Of a stretch of 34,444 nt of DNA, positions 8,112 through 16,711 are shown piece by piece. The notes under the pieces are model-generated. The model did not search any database, had not been told where the DNA came from, and worked only from the letters and a program-made list of their open reading frames with translations. Each line of letters opens with the position of its first letter. Within the stretch, counting starts at the first letter, position 1. A program made the position numbers and the translations under genes. Origin of the DNA: an uncultured Gammaproteobacteria bacterium (GTDB taxonomy: Bacteria; Patescibacteriota; Microgenomatia; UBA10105; UBA927); NCBI GenBank assembly GCA_964515515.1, contig CAZERT010000001.1, positions 64,854 through 99,297 on the forward strand, written 5' to 3'.

Positions 8112-8140
8112 TTGACATGATTTAGCACTCGTTATATATT
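8112..8140 (+). promoter_or_regulatory. hrcA operon sigma70-type promoter
   Basis: TTGACA (8112-8117), 17-nt spacer, TATATT (8135-8140). The CIRCE operator overlaps the spacer and the -10 element. Confidence 0.6.
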
Positions 8141-8148
8141 AGTGCTAA
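8122..8148 (+). promoter_or_regulatory. CIRCE operator (HrcA binding site)
   Basis: TTAGCACTC-gttatatat-TAGTGCTAA, against the consensus TTAGCACTC-N9-GAGTGCTAA (one mismatch). It lies 35 nt upstream of hrcA. Confidence 0.85.
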
Positions 8149-8182
8149 TCTAAAGAGGAAGAAAACTTTTATAAAGGAACCT

Positions 8183-8917
8183 ATGGTATCAGCAAACGAT
8201 TTAACACCACGGCAGGTCTCGATTCTGAAAGCCGTAATTGAAGAATATATAAGTTCCGCCGAACCGGTGGGGTCAGAAACGCTGGATAAAAAATATACCC
8301 TTGGCGTTTCTCCGGCTACGATCCGCAATGAAATGGTGCGGTTAACCGATATGAAGTTTTTAAAACAACCGCACACATCAGCAGGCCGCGTTCCTACCCC
8401 AGAGGCACTTCGGTTTTATGTCGATCATTTAATGAAGACGAAGGATCTTTCTGTGACCGAAGAAATGGCAGTGAAGGAAAAAATATGGGATTACCGACAG
8501 GAAATGGATAAATTATTGCGCGAGGCGACAAAAACGCTTGCGGATAAAACAAAAACGCTCGCCGTGACGACTACCCAGGATGGCGATATCTATTATGCCG
8601 GCGCCGCAAACGTCTTGGCCATGCCGGAGTTTTTTGATTATGAGCTTACCAATTCCTTATTTTCCGCTCTGGAACGGTTCGATTTTTGGACAGATGTATT
8701 AACCCGGGCAACCGATCCAATTGACGTGCTTTTAGGTGATGAGTTTGTCATCCGTGGGGAACTTTCCCAATGCAGTTATGTGTACCACAAGTTTGAAACG
8801 CCACATTTAAAAGGTGCCATTGGGGTTGTCGGTCCATCGAGGCTCAACTATCCGATTGTCGTGCCGGCAGTTCGGTATATGGGGGATTTGATTGCGGAAC
8901 TGGGGAGTAATTGGTAA
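8183..8917 (+). CDS. hrcA: Heat-inducible transcription repressor HrcA (compact, 244 aa)
   Basis: N-terminal wHTH: LTPRQVSILKAVIEEYISSAEPVGSETL...VSPATIRNEMVRLTDMKFLKQPHTSAGRVPT. C-terminus: IGVVGPSRLNYPIVVPAVRYM. An SD (AAGGA) lies upstream. It is about 100 aa shorter than the Bacillus HrcA, as I recall it. Confidence 0.9.
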   Translation: MVSANDLTPRQVSILKAVIEEYISSAEPVGSETLDKKYTLGVSPATIRNEMVRLTDMKFLKQPHTSAGRVPTPEALRFYVDHLMKTKDLSVTEEMAVKEKIWDYRQEMDKLLREATKTLADKTKTLAVTTTQDGDIYYAGAANVLAMPEFFDYELTNSLFSALERFDFWTDVLTRATDPIDVLLGDEFVIRGELSQCSYVYHKFETPHLKGAIGVVGPSRLNYPIVVPAVRYMGDLIAELGSNW

Positions 8918-8931
8918 GGAGAATATGGTCT

Positions 8932-9435
8932 ATGAAAACAAAAATCCCTCAAGAGGACACTCACAATCCATCGGATACTGGCTCTTCCCAACAGGGAAAG
9001 AACACGGATGAAGTGTTGGTTTGGAAAGAAAAATACCTTCGGGCGCTTGCGGATTACCAGAATCTTTTGCGGCGAACCCAACAGGAGCGGGAAGAGAATG
9101 AGCGCTATGCTGCAGTAAAAACGATTTCCCAACTCATCGGTGTGTTTGATGTGTTTGAAAAAGCGCAAATCCACCTTTCTGATCCTGGACTTGGTCTTGC
9201 GCTCACGCAGCTTTCAACGGCATTGACGACACTTGGTGTAATTCGGATTGATCCGGTAGGGAAGCCGTTTGATCCAGAACTGATGGAGTGTGTTGAAGCG
9301 GAAAATGGTGCTCAGACAGTGTCTGATACTGTTATCCCCGGATATATGATGAACGGACGGCTGATCCGTCCTGCAAAAGTCCGGGTTATGGCTCAAAAAA
9401 CAAATAGTAGTCACGATCAAAAAGACCATTCATAA
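8932..9435 (+). CDS. grpE: Nucleotide exchange factor GrpE
   Basis: The ATG at 8932 has AAGGAGA 9 nt upstream. Sequence includes [25 protein letters not shown]...DPELMECVE...[16 protein letters not shown]. It sits between hrcA and dnaK. Confidence 0.9.
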   Translation: MKTKIPQEDTHNPSDTGSSQQGKNTDEVLVWKEKYLRALADYQNLLRRTQQEREENERYAAVKTISQLIGVFDVFEKAQIHLSDPGLGLALTQLSTALTTLGVIRIDPVGKPFDPELMECVEAENGAQTVSDTVIPGYMMNGRLIRPAKVRVMAQKTNSSHDQKDHS

Positions 9436-9451
9436 AACGAAAGGAGTTTGT

Positions 9452-11350
9452 ATGGCAAAAATTATCGGTATAGATCTTGGTACAACCAATTCCTGTGTCG
9501 CTGTAATGGAAGGTGGCACACCGAAGGTTATTTTTTCTGCAGAAGGACGAAATGTTATTCCCTCCGTTGTTGATCCGGCAAAAAATATTGTCGGAGATGT
9601 GGCTAAACGGCAGGTGGTGATACACCCCAAAGACACGGTGTTTTCCGTCAAACGCCTGGTGGGTCGGAAATTTTCCGATTCCAGCGTACAAGCAGATATA
9701 AAGTGGCTTCCGTACACCGTAAAATCCGGCGCCAATGATATGGCTATTGTGGAAGTCGGCGGCAAAAAGTATACGCCACAGGAAATATCAGCAAAAATAT
9801 TGGCAAAAATTAAAGCCGATGCGGAAAAATATTTGGGGGAACCGGTAAAACAGGCAGTAATTACAGTACCGGCATATTTTGATGACAGTGAGCGTCAGGC
9901 AACAAAACAGGCAGGGGAAATTGCGGGGTTGGAAGTGCTTCGGATACTCAATGAGCCGACCGCTGCAGCCCTTGCGTATGGGTTGGACAAGAAAAACGTT
10001 CACACGATTGCTGTCTATGATTTGGGCGGTGGGACATTTGATATTTCCATTCTGGAGCTTGGGGATGGTGTGTATGAAGTAAAAGCCACTAATGGTGACA
10101 CCCATTTGGGCGGAGATGATTTTGACAAAAAACTTGTTGATTTTCTTGCGGATGAATTCCAAAAAGAACAAAACGTCGATCTTCGCAAGGACCCGCAGGC
10201 ACTTCAGCGGTTACGGGATGCGGCGGAAAAGGCAAAGATTGAACTTTCCTCTTCCTTGGAAGCGGAGGTTAATCTTCCCTTTATCACCCAAGGAAAAGAT
10301 GGGCCGCTTCATTTTGTCACGAAAATCACACGTGCAAAATTTGAATCAATTGTTGAGGATTTGATCAAAAAGTCGATAGAACCCGTCAAAAAATGTTTGG
10401 CTGATGCTAAGGTATCTGTTAAGGATATCGGCGAAGTCGTGATGGTTGGGGGTATGACCCGGATGCCAAAAGTATATGATGCTGTCAAGGAATTCTTTGG
10501 AAAAGATCCAAACAGGAGCGTAAACCCGGATGAAGTTGTTGCGGTTGGAGCTGCGGTTCAGGCAGGAGTACTGGCAGGAGACATTAAGGATGTTGTACTG
10601 CTTGACGTCACGCCCTTGACACTTGGACTTGAAACACTCGGCGCGGTTTCCACACCGCTTATTCCAAGAAATACCACGGTTCCGACCTCCAAAACGGAGA
10701 TATTTTCAACCGCCGCGGATAATCAAACATCGGTGGAAATTAACGTTTTACAGGGTGAACGGTCGATGGCCTCGGATAATAAGTCACTCGGACGGTTTAT
10801 CCTTTCCGGAATTCCGCCTGCTCCGCGGGGTGTTCCCCAAGTTGAAGTGACGTTTGATATTGATGCAAACGGCATTTTAAACGTTACTGCCAAAGATAAA
10901 GCGACGGGAAAAGCCTCGACGATTAAAATTACCGGCTCCACGGGATTATCCAAGGATGAGGTGGAACGGATGAGGAAAGAAGCAGAGGAACATGCGTCTG
11001 AGGACCTGGCGAAAAAAGAGCTCATTGAGGTGAAAAACCGTGCAGAGAATACGATCTATGTTGCCGAAAAAACGGTGAAGGATGCAGGGGATAAGGCAAA
11101 AGAGGAAGATAAAAAGGTAGTTGAAGAAAAGGTATCTGCACTCAAAAGTATCCTTGAAACTGGTTCGAAAGAGGAATTAGAAACAAAAACAAACGAATTG
11201 TCCGATGCAGTTCAGAAAATCGGATCGTCAATGTATGCAAGTGGACAGCCACAACAGGATGCGGGCACACAGACAAACGAACAGGATAAAAAAGCGGATG
11301 ATGCAAAAAAAACGGATGCAAAGGTAGAAGAAGGACAAGTCGTAAACTAA
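9452..11350 (+). CDS. dnaK: Chaperone DnaK (Hsp70)
   Basis: [22 protein letters not shown]..., DLGGGTFD and [12 protein letters not shown] are present. The protein is full length (632 aa). SD AAGGAG. Confidence 0.99.
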   Translation: MAKIIGIDLGTTNSCVAVMEGGTPKVIFSAEGRNVIPSVVDPAKNIVGDVAKRQVVIHPKDTVFSVKRLVGRKFSDSSVQADIKWLPYTVKSGANDMAIVEVGGKKYTPQEISAKILAKIKADAEKYLGEPVKQAVITVPAYFDDSERQATKQAGEIAGLEVLRILNEPTAAALAYGLDKKNVHTIAVYDLGGGTFDISILELGDGVYEVKATNGDTHLGGDDFDKKLVDFLADEFQKEQNVDLRKDPQALQRLRDAAEKAKIELSSSLEAEVNLPFITQGKDGPLHFVTKITRAKFESIVEDLIKKSIEPVKKCLADAKVSVKDIGEVVMVGGMTRMPKVYDAVKEFFGKDPNRSVNPDEVVAVGAAVQAGVLAGDIKDVVLLDVTPLTLGLETLGAVSTPLIPRNTTVPTSKTEIFSTAADNQTSVEINVLQGERSMASDNKSLGRFILSGIPPAPRGVPQVEVTFDIDANGILNVTAKDKATGKASTIKITGSTGLSKDEVERMRKEAEEHASEDLAKKELIEVKNRAENTIYVAEKTVKDAGDKAKEEDKKVVEEKVSALKSILETGSKEELETKTNELSDAVQKIGSSMYASGQPQQDAGTQTNEQDKKADDAKKTDAKVEEGQVVN

Positions 11351-11412
11351 CGAACAATTTATAGTTCATAATTACATAATTAAAAAATTAGAAATAAATC
11401 TATATTGGCTAC

Positions 11413-11445
11413 AAATCCCCGGAGTATATCCGGGGGTTTGATTTG
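11413..11445 (+). terminator. Rho-independent terminator after dnaK
   Basis: The 7-bp stem CCCCGGA/TCCGGGG (11417-11423 / 11429-11435) has a 5-nt loop and is followed by GTTTGATTT. Confidence 0.7.
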
Positions 11446-11462
11446 GGAGGTTTCGTTTTCCT

Positions 11463-12353
11463 ATGGATAAAAAACGCGATTTTTATGACGTTTTAGGAGT
11501 TGGAAAGCAGGCAACTGCCGATGAAATCAAACGTGCATACAGAAAGCTGGCACTCGAGTGGCATCCCGACCGGAATAAATCCGTGGGTGCGGAAGCAAAG
11601 TTCAAGGAAATTAATGAAGCCTATGCCGTGTTATCCAATCAGGAAAAACGGGAAGCGTATGACCGGTTTGGCCACAGTGCGTTTGCCCCAGGCGGAGGTG
11701 GACCAAGCGGCGGAAATCCTTTTGGCGGTGGATTTGGTCAAGGCCCGTTTACGTATACCTATACGACCGGAGGTGGGCAGGGAGGAAATCCGTTTTCTGA
11801 TTTTATCGATCCGTTTGAAATATTTGAACAATTCTTTGGCGGCGGTTTCGGGGGAGCGGGGCGTGGACAACGGAGGCGTGCATATGAAATATCCATTTCA
11901 TTTGATGATGCCGTTCACGGAGTCACGAAGGAAATTACGATTCCAAAAGGTGATGCCGGGTCGGGGTCACACAAAAAAACAATAAAAATTCCATCAGGGG
12001 TAGATACGGGTTCACGGATCCGGTTTGATGATTTTGACATTGTTATTGCCGTTGAAGGAAGTTCCCAATTTAAACGGGAAGGGGATGATATTGTCGTTGA
12101 ACATCCGATTTCATTTTCCAAAGCATCCCTTGGCGGCATAGAAGAAGTCCCGACGATAGACGGGAAAGTGAAAATTAGAATTCCTCCAGGAACACAACCG
12201 GGAACGCTTATACGCCTTCGGGGCCAGGGAGTCGCACATCTTCGGGGAAGCGGGAAAGGGGATGAATATGTCAAGATTACCCTTAATGTTCCAACGCGAC
12301 TTTCGCGCAGGCAAAAAGAACTCCTGAGTGAACTTGAAGAGAGTTTTGACTGA
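11463..12353 (+). CDS. dnaJ: J-domain co-chaperone, DnaJ-like but lacking the Zn-finger (class B / CbpA-like architecture)
   Basis: J domain: DFYDVLGV...[14 protein letters not shown]. It also has a G/F-rich region and two beta-sandwich CTDs. The protein contains no cysteine at all, so the CxxCxGxG repeats are absent. Confidence 0.9.
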   Translation: MDKKRDFYDVLGVGKQATADEIKRAYRKLALEWHPDRNKSVGAEAKFKEINEAYAVLSNQEKREAYDRFGHSAFAPGGGGPSGGNPFGGGFGQGPFTYTYTTGGGQGGNPFSDFIDPFEIFEQFFGGGFGGAGRGQRRRAYEISISFDDAVHGVTKEITIPKGDAGSGSHKKTIKIPSGVDTGSRIRFDDFDIVIAVEGSSQFKREGDDIVVEHPISFSKASLGGIEEVPTIDGKVKIRIPPGTQPGTLIRLRGQGVAHLRGSGKGDEYVKITLNVPTRLSRRQKELLSELEESFD

Positions 12354-12374
12354 TCCCCTCAACACTGCTATACT
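12346..12374 (+). promoter_or_regulatory. Putative near-consensus promoter overlapping the dnaJ stop and reading into the nusA leader
   Basis: TTGACT (12346-12351), 17-nt spacer, TATACT (12369-12374). Confidence 0.5.
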
Positions 12375-12398
12375 ACAGATCATAAAGAGATCAAACAT

Positions 12399-12423
12399 GA
12401 GGTGGGGTAACCCGCCTTTTTTT
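12399..12423 (+). terminator. Intrinsic terminator-like hairpin with a T7 tract between dnaJ and nusA. It could be the dnaJ terminator, a nusA leader attenuator, or both.
   Basis: GGTGGG-gtaa-CCCGCC (12401-12416) contains one G-U pair and can be extended by A-U and G-U pairs. It is followed by TTTTTTT (12417-12423). The nusA ATG is at 12442. Confidence 0.55.
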
Positions 12424-12441
12424 ATAAAATAAGGAAATAGT

Positions 12442-13551
12442 ATGCCAGCAACAATCAGAAGCGAATTTTCGCTCGCACTCAACCAAATTGCAACGGAACG
12501 GGGTCTTACTCCCGAAATAATTCTGGAAACGATTAAGGCGGCAGTCGTTGCCGCATATAAAAAGGATTATGGAACGGATGAAGTGGATCAAATAAGTGCA
12601 TCAGTCAATCCCGATACTGGAGAAATTCGGATCTTCAACGATACTACGGATGTAACGCCGCCAGGATTTGGACGGATTGCAGCCCAAACCGCCAAACAGG
12701 TGTTGCTTCAGCGCAACCGTGAAGCGGAAAAAGCGGCAGTGCTTGCTGATTATCAGACAAAGATAGGCTCTATTGTGCCGGGTATGGTGCTTCGGTTTGA
12801 TGGTCCCAATGTTGTTGTGGATATCGGACGGACACAGGCATATATGCCGATTTCCGAACAAAATCCTGCAGAACGGTATCGGCTAAACGAACGATTGACC
12901 TTTTATGTGGAAGGAATTCGGGAAACCGCACGGGGAAATGAAATTATTGTATCACGCGCCCACAAAGGGTTGGTGGAAGGTTTATTTAAGCGGGAGGTGC
13001 CGGAAGTTGCCCAAGGAGCGGTTGAGCTTCGGGTTGTTGCCCGAGAGGCGGGGGGAAGAACGAAAGTTGCCGTATTTTCCAGCCAATCTGGAGTTGATCC
13101 GGTTGGATCATGTGTCGGGCAAAAAGGTGTCCGTGTTCAAGCTGTCATTAATGAGCTTGGGTGTAATGAAAAAGTTGATATTATCCAGTGGACAGAGAAT
13201 GCAAAGGAATTCATCATCGCAGCGCTTGCTCCAGCAAAAGACATTGAGGTTTCCCTTGATGAAGCAACAAAAGTTGCAAACGTGACCGTTCCTGAAGATC
13301 AGTTATCCCTTGCAATTGGCCGTGAGGGGCAAAATGTTCGGCTTGCCTCAAAAATTACGGGTTGGAAGATCGACATAACGGGACGCGTTGGAAGTAAGTC
13401 GGAAGAAATTGTGAAAGGGGAATCTCAAGAAGAAGCAAAAATTGAAGATACAGCCGAAGAAAAAGAGAGCGTTGGAAAAGCATCAAAAGAAGAAAATCAG
13501 AGTGAATCCAAATCCGATAACACACCAATAGAACAACAAAAACCCGAATAA
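12442..13551 (+). CDS. nusA: Transcription termination/antitermination factor NusA (no AR1/AR2; acidic/Lys-rich tail)
   Basis: An NTD is present, with an S1 domain (GSIVPGMVLRFDGPNVVVDIG), KH1 (GSCVGQKGVRVQAVINEL) and KH2 (LAIGREGQNVRLASKITGWKIDI). The C-terminal ~60 aa are low complexity. Confidence 0.95.
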   Translation: MPATIRSEFSLALNQIATERGLTPEIILETIKAAVVAAYKKDYGTDEVDQISASVNPDTGEIRIFNDTTDVTPPGFGRIAAQTAKQVLLQRNREAEKAAVLADYQTKIGSIVPGMVLRFDGPNVVVDIGRTQAYMPISEQNPAERYRLNERLTFYVEGIRETARGNEIIVSRAHKGLVEGLFKREVPEVAQGAVELRVVAREAGGRTKVAVFSSQSGVDPVGSCVGQKGVRVQAVINELGCNEKVDIIQWTENAKEFIIAALAPAKDIEVSLDEATKVANVTVPEDQLSLAIGREGQNVRLASKITGWKIDITGRVGSKSEEIVKGESQEEAKIEDTAEEKESVGKASKEENQSESKSDNTPIEQQKPE

Positions 13552-13577
13552 TGGAGAAAAAGGGTGGGGAGAGTTAC

Positions 13578-15074
13578 ATGACGAATGCAAAAAAACAAGC
13601 TAAAAAAGAGAGTGGTCAAACACGCGCACCGATCGTGTCGGTGCTGGGTCATGTTGACCACGGAAAGACATCGCTTTTGGATGCAATCCGAAAGACGCAT
13701 GTTGCCGCACGGGAATATGGCGGAATAACACAGCATATTGGTGCATACCAGGTTATCTACCAGCCGGATAAAAAAGGAGCGGAAGCTTTCCCCATTGCAT
13801 TCATCGATACTCCAGGTCATGAAGCATTTGCAAAGATGCGATCACGGGGAGCATCAGTTGCCGATATTGCGATTTTAGTGGTTGCCGCAGATGACAGCGT
13901 AAAGCCCCAAACGATCGAATCTATCAAAATGATTGGCGATGCCGGAGTTTCCATGATTGTGGCGGCAAACAAAATCGATCTTCCCGGTGCAAATCTGGAT
14001 AAAGTCAAAAAGGATCTGGCACGATATGGTGTCCAGGTGGAAGGGTTTGGTGGATCAATCCCCCTTGTTGCGCTTTCTGCAAAAGCAGGAACGGGACTTT
14101 CCGATTTACTGGATATGATTGTTTTGGTATCGCAGGAAAAAAATCTTTCCTATCTTCCGGATGATGAGCTTCGTGCTCATGTCATCGAAACACGGATTGA
14201 TCGGGGAAAAGGGATGGTTGCAACACTTATTCCCAAAACGGGAACGATTCGTATCGGTTCACGTCTTTATGACGGCAAAAAAGAACTTGGAAAAGTTCGG
14301 GCGATGTTTGATGAAAACGGTGTGGGTGTAAAGGAAACATATCCGGGTAAACCCGTCGAGGTGCTTGGATTTACGACGCTTCCCGGAGTCGGTACTGTAT
14401 TGTCGGATCAACACCATGAACAAAGCGCTGTAGTACCCGATGCTACAGAAGTAAAGCAGGCATTTACGCTCAATGATATTTTAAAACCTATGGAAGATGT
14501 ACACCGTCTTCCGATTATCATTAAGGCAGATACAGCAGGGTCTCTTGAAGCAATTGTTGAACAACTTTCAAAAGATGTCGATATTATTGCAACCGGTATT
14601 GGGGAAATCGCGGAAAGCGACATACTTCTGGCGAAATCAACCAGTGCATTTGTTGTTGGGTTTAATGTTAAAGCTCCCGGAGCGATTGAAAAATTGGCAC
14701 AACTGGAAAAAGTTGTCTATAGAACATATACGATTATTTATGAGCTTCTTGATGAACTTGCCGATGTCGTTGCTGGTATGGCAGAAATATCAACCGGAGA
14801 ACGGGAATTGGGAAGCGGGGTGATATTGGCGCAATTTCCTTTTAGTGGACAGCTAGTTGCCGGTACAAAAGTAAAAGTTGGTCGTCTTGCACGGGGAGAC
14901 CAGGTAAAGATCATGCGTGGTGAGGAAGAGATCGCAAAAGCAAAGATTAAGTCAGTGCGAAAAGGGAAAGAAGACACGACAAAAGCGGAAGTTGGAACGG
15001 AATGCGGTATTCTCTTTGACCGCTTGGTTGCATTTGAGGTTGGTGATGATATAATTGCGTTCACAACCGTATAA
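13578..15074 (+). CDS. infB: Translation initiation factor IF-2, minimal form starting at the G domain
   Basis: G motifs: G1 GHVDHGKTSLLD, G3 DTPGHEAF, G4 NKID. The ATG at 13578 has GGAG about 6 nt upstream. The alternative ATG at 13551 overlaps the nusA stop (TAATG). Confidence 0.95.
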   Translation: MTNAKKQAKKESGQTRAPIVSVLGHVDHGKTSLLDAIRKTHVAAREYGGITQHIGAYQVIYQPDKKGAEAFPIAFIDTPGHEAFAKMRSRGASVADIAILVVAADDSVKPQTIESIKMIGDAGVSMIVAANKIDLPGANLDKVKKDLARYGVQVEGFGGSIPLVALSAKAGTGLSDLLDMIVLVSQEKNLSYLPDDELRAHVIETRIDRGKGMVATLIPKTGTIRIGSRLYDGKKELGKVRAMFDENGVGVKETYPGKPVEVLGFTTLPGVGTVLSDQHHEQSAVVPDATEVKQAFTLNDILKPMEDVHRLPIIIKADTAGSLEAIVEQLSKDVDIIATGIGEIAESDILLAKSTSAFVVGFNVKAPGAIEKLAQLEKVVYRTYTIIYELLDELADVVAGMAEISTGERELGSGVILAQFPFSGQLVAGTKVKVGRLARGDQVKIMRGEEEIAKAKIKSVRKGKEDTTKAEVGTECGILFDRLVAFEVGDDIIAFTTV

Positions 15075-15116
15075 TTTTCTTTTTTTTATTATTGCTGCCC
15101 CATATATATATCGCGT

Positions 15117-16079
15117 ATGCAAGCGACAGACATAACAAAAGTAACAGAGATTCTCTCTGGGGCAAAATCCATTCTTATAGTATCCCATAGTCAACCAACG
15201 CTTGACTCTATGGGAGCAACACTTGCTCTCTATCTTGGGCTTGTTTCAATGGATAAAACTGTTACAGTTGCCTGTGCAACGCCAATGACAGTCGGATTAT
15301 CGAGTTTTGTGGGTGCAGACAAAGTGCAATCCACAGTGAAACAGAATAGTTTTGTGGTGTCCTTGGATTATCAGGAAGGATCAATAGAAAAAGTAAGTTA
15401 CAACATCGCGGGGAATAAATTCAACCTGGTTATAGAGGAGCGTCCAGGGTTTGGAAGTTTTTCCGAACAGAATGTTTCCTTCAGTAGAAGCGGAGGGCAT
15501 GCAGATGTGGTATTTTTCATTGGTGGCTCATCAGAAACGGATTTTGGTGACATATTTGGATCATTGGCGGAAAGCATTTCCCAAAAACCAATGGTTGTTC
15601 TTTCAAAAGACCCGGGGGATGCTTCTTTTGGAACAATCCGTATTTCCGATAGTCAGTCATCATGTCTGACGGAGCTTACTGCAGTCTTTTTGTCGTCATT
15701 GGGTGTCACATTGACCCCCGATATTGCAACGAATATTTTAAACGGTATTTATGGGGCTACGGATAGTTTTAGGTCAAAAGACGTCACATCCCGGGCATTT
15801 GAAGTTGCTTCGGTATGCCTAAAAGCCGGTGGGAAACGGTTTGTTGAATTTGAACAGGAAACAGTAGGCCTTCAGTCTTCAATTCCTTTCCCGACAGTAG
15901 CCCAACAACCGGTTTTATCACCGCAGCAGAGTACACCATCTTCTCAGGCTGTTGTTGAAAAACCCCCGCAGGAAGATCAACAAAGTGTTGTAACTCCTAC
16001 AGGAAAAAAACAGACACCGGAAGAATGGTTAAAACCGAAGATCTTTAAAAGTTCGCAACCTTCTCCTTCCCGGTCGTAA
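15117..16079 (+). CDS. DHH/DHHA1-family (NrnA-like) homolog with degenerate catalytic motifs and a P/Q/S-rich tail
   Basis: The fold signature ILIVSHSQPTLDSMGATLAL resembles NrnA HRHxxPDxDAxGS. However DHH is replaced by EER (LVIEERPG, nt 15435-15443), GDTGRF by GATDSF, and GGGH by GGKR. The last ~70 aa are low complexity. Confidence 0.7.
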   Translation: MQATDITKVTEILSGAKSILIVSHSQPTLDSMGATLALYLGLVSMDKTVTVACATPMTVGLSSFVGADKVQSTVKQNSFVVSLDYQEGSIEKVSYNIAGNKFNLVIEERPGFGSFSEQNVSFSRSGGHADVVFFIGGSSETDFGDIFGSLAESISQKPMVVLSKDPGDASFGTIRISDSQSSCLTELTAVFLSSLGVTLTPDIATNILNGIYGATDSFRSKDVTSRAFEVASVCLKAGGKRFVEFEQETVGLQSSIPFPTVAQQPVLSPQQSTPSSQAVVEKPPQEDQQSVVTPTGKKQTPEEWLKPKIFKSSQPSPSRS

Positions 16080-16102
16080 GAGCAAAAGGGAAAGTCCGTT
16101 TC

Positions 16103-16131
16103 TTGTATTTTCCCTGCGTTTCGTGTAAAAT
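16103..16131 (+). promoter_or_regulatory. Putative rpsO promoter
   Basis: TTGTAT (16103-16108), 17-nt spacer, TAAAAT (16126-16131). Confidence 0.4.
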
Positions 16132-16147
16132 CTAAAAACACATAAAC

Positions 16148-16168
16148 GAAGCGAAGGCTTCATTTTTT
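16148..16168 (+). promoter_or_regulatory. Small hairpin plus T6 in the rpsO 5' region. It could be a weak terminator for the upstream gene or an S15 leader structure.
   Basis: GAAGC-gaag-GCTTC (16148-16161) is followed by ATTTTTT. It lies 14 nt before the rpsO ATG. Confidence 0.3.
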
Positions 16169-16181
16169 ATTGCAAAACGTT

Positions 16182-16544
16182 ATGGCAACAAAACGAACAC
16201 AAACAAAAACAGAAAAGAAACCGGTGAAAGCATCGGCAAAAAAGGCAGCTTCAAAAAAACACGAAGAGCCGGTCATGCCCCAACCAAGCGAGGAAAAACT
16301 TTCCATTATCAGTCAATATGCAGTAAAACCCGGAGATACGGGAAGTCCTGAAGTTCAGGTTGCGCTCCTTACAGCGAGAATTGAAAAACTTGCCCAACAC
16401 CTAAAGGGAAATCCTTCGGATAATCATTCCAGACGGGGATTATTGGGTATTGTAAGTAAGCGTCGGCGTCTTTTAAACTATCTTGAAGACAAGGAAAAAA
16501 CCCGTTACGAAGACGTTATTAAAAAAATCGGATTATCAAAGTAA
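16182..16544 (+). CDS. rpsO: 30S ribosomal protein S15 with a ~36-aa Lys-rich N-terminal extension
   Basis: The core, [51 protein letters not shown], is typical of S15. It is preceded by [39 protein letters not shown] 16170 is an alternative start. Confidence 0.93.
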   Translation: MATKRTQTKTEKKPVKASAKKAASKKHEEPVMPQPSEEKLSIISQYAVKPGDTGSPEVQVALLTARIEKLAQHLKGNPSDNHSRRGLLGIVSKRRRLLNYLEDKEKTRYEDVIKKIGLSK

Positions 16545-16711
16545 AGAGTAGTATTTAACATATTTTTATACCTATCCGACTAAGGATGTGGAGTCGAATA
16601 TACCCTGAAGTGTGATGGCTTGAGTTTTTGCACGGTTGCCCCCTCAAAGATTCGAGTGATCCCACTTCATCGGTTTTCCCCAACCCCATCCGCCTATCGG
16701 ATACATCATTC

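Noticed and set aside
11351-11412. AT-rich stretch after dnaK, examined for a second CIRCE or a dnaJ promoter (TATATT at 11401-11406)
   Set aside because: There is no CIRCE half-site. No -35 lies at 16-18 nt from any -10-like hexamer. In such an AT-rich sequence, -10-like matches are expected by chance.
11500-11985. 161-aa alternative-frame ORF inside dnaJ
   Set aside because: It overlaps the strongly recognisable J-domain and G/F region in another frame. It has no SD and no recognisable motifs, so the open frame looks like a by-product of the G/F-rich repeats.
12397-12432. 11-codon mini-ORF (MRWGNPPFFIK) spanning the nusA-leader hairpin, a possible leader peptide
   Set aside because: It has only a weak AGAG-like SD and no regulatory codon pattern. 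The ORF is most simply a coincidence of the hairpin and T-tract sequence. I mention it only as a caveat to the attenuator idea.
16545-16711. Possible tRNA or small RNA gene in the rpsO-pnp spacer (GATTCGAGTGATCC resembles a T-loop)
   Set aside because: I could not find a complementary T-stem, acceptor stem or anticodon arm on either strand. The other intergenic regions are too short for a tRNA.
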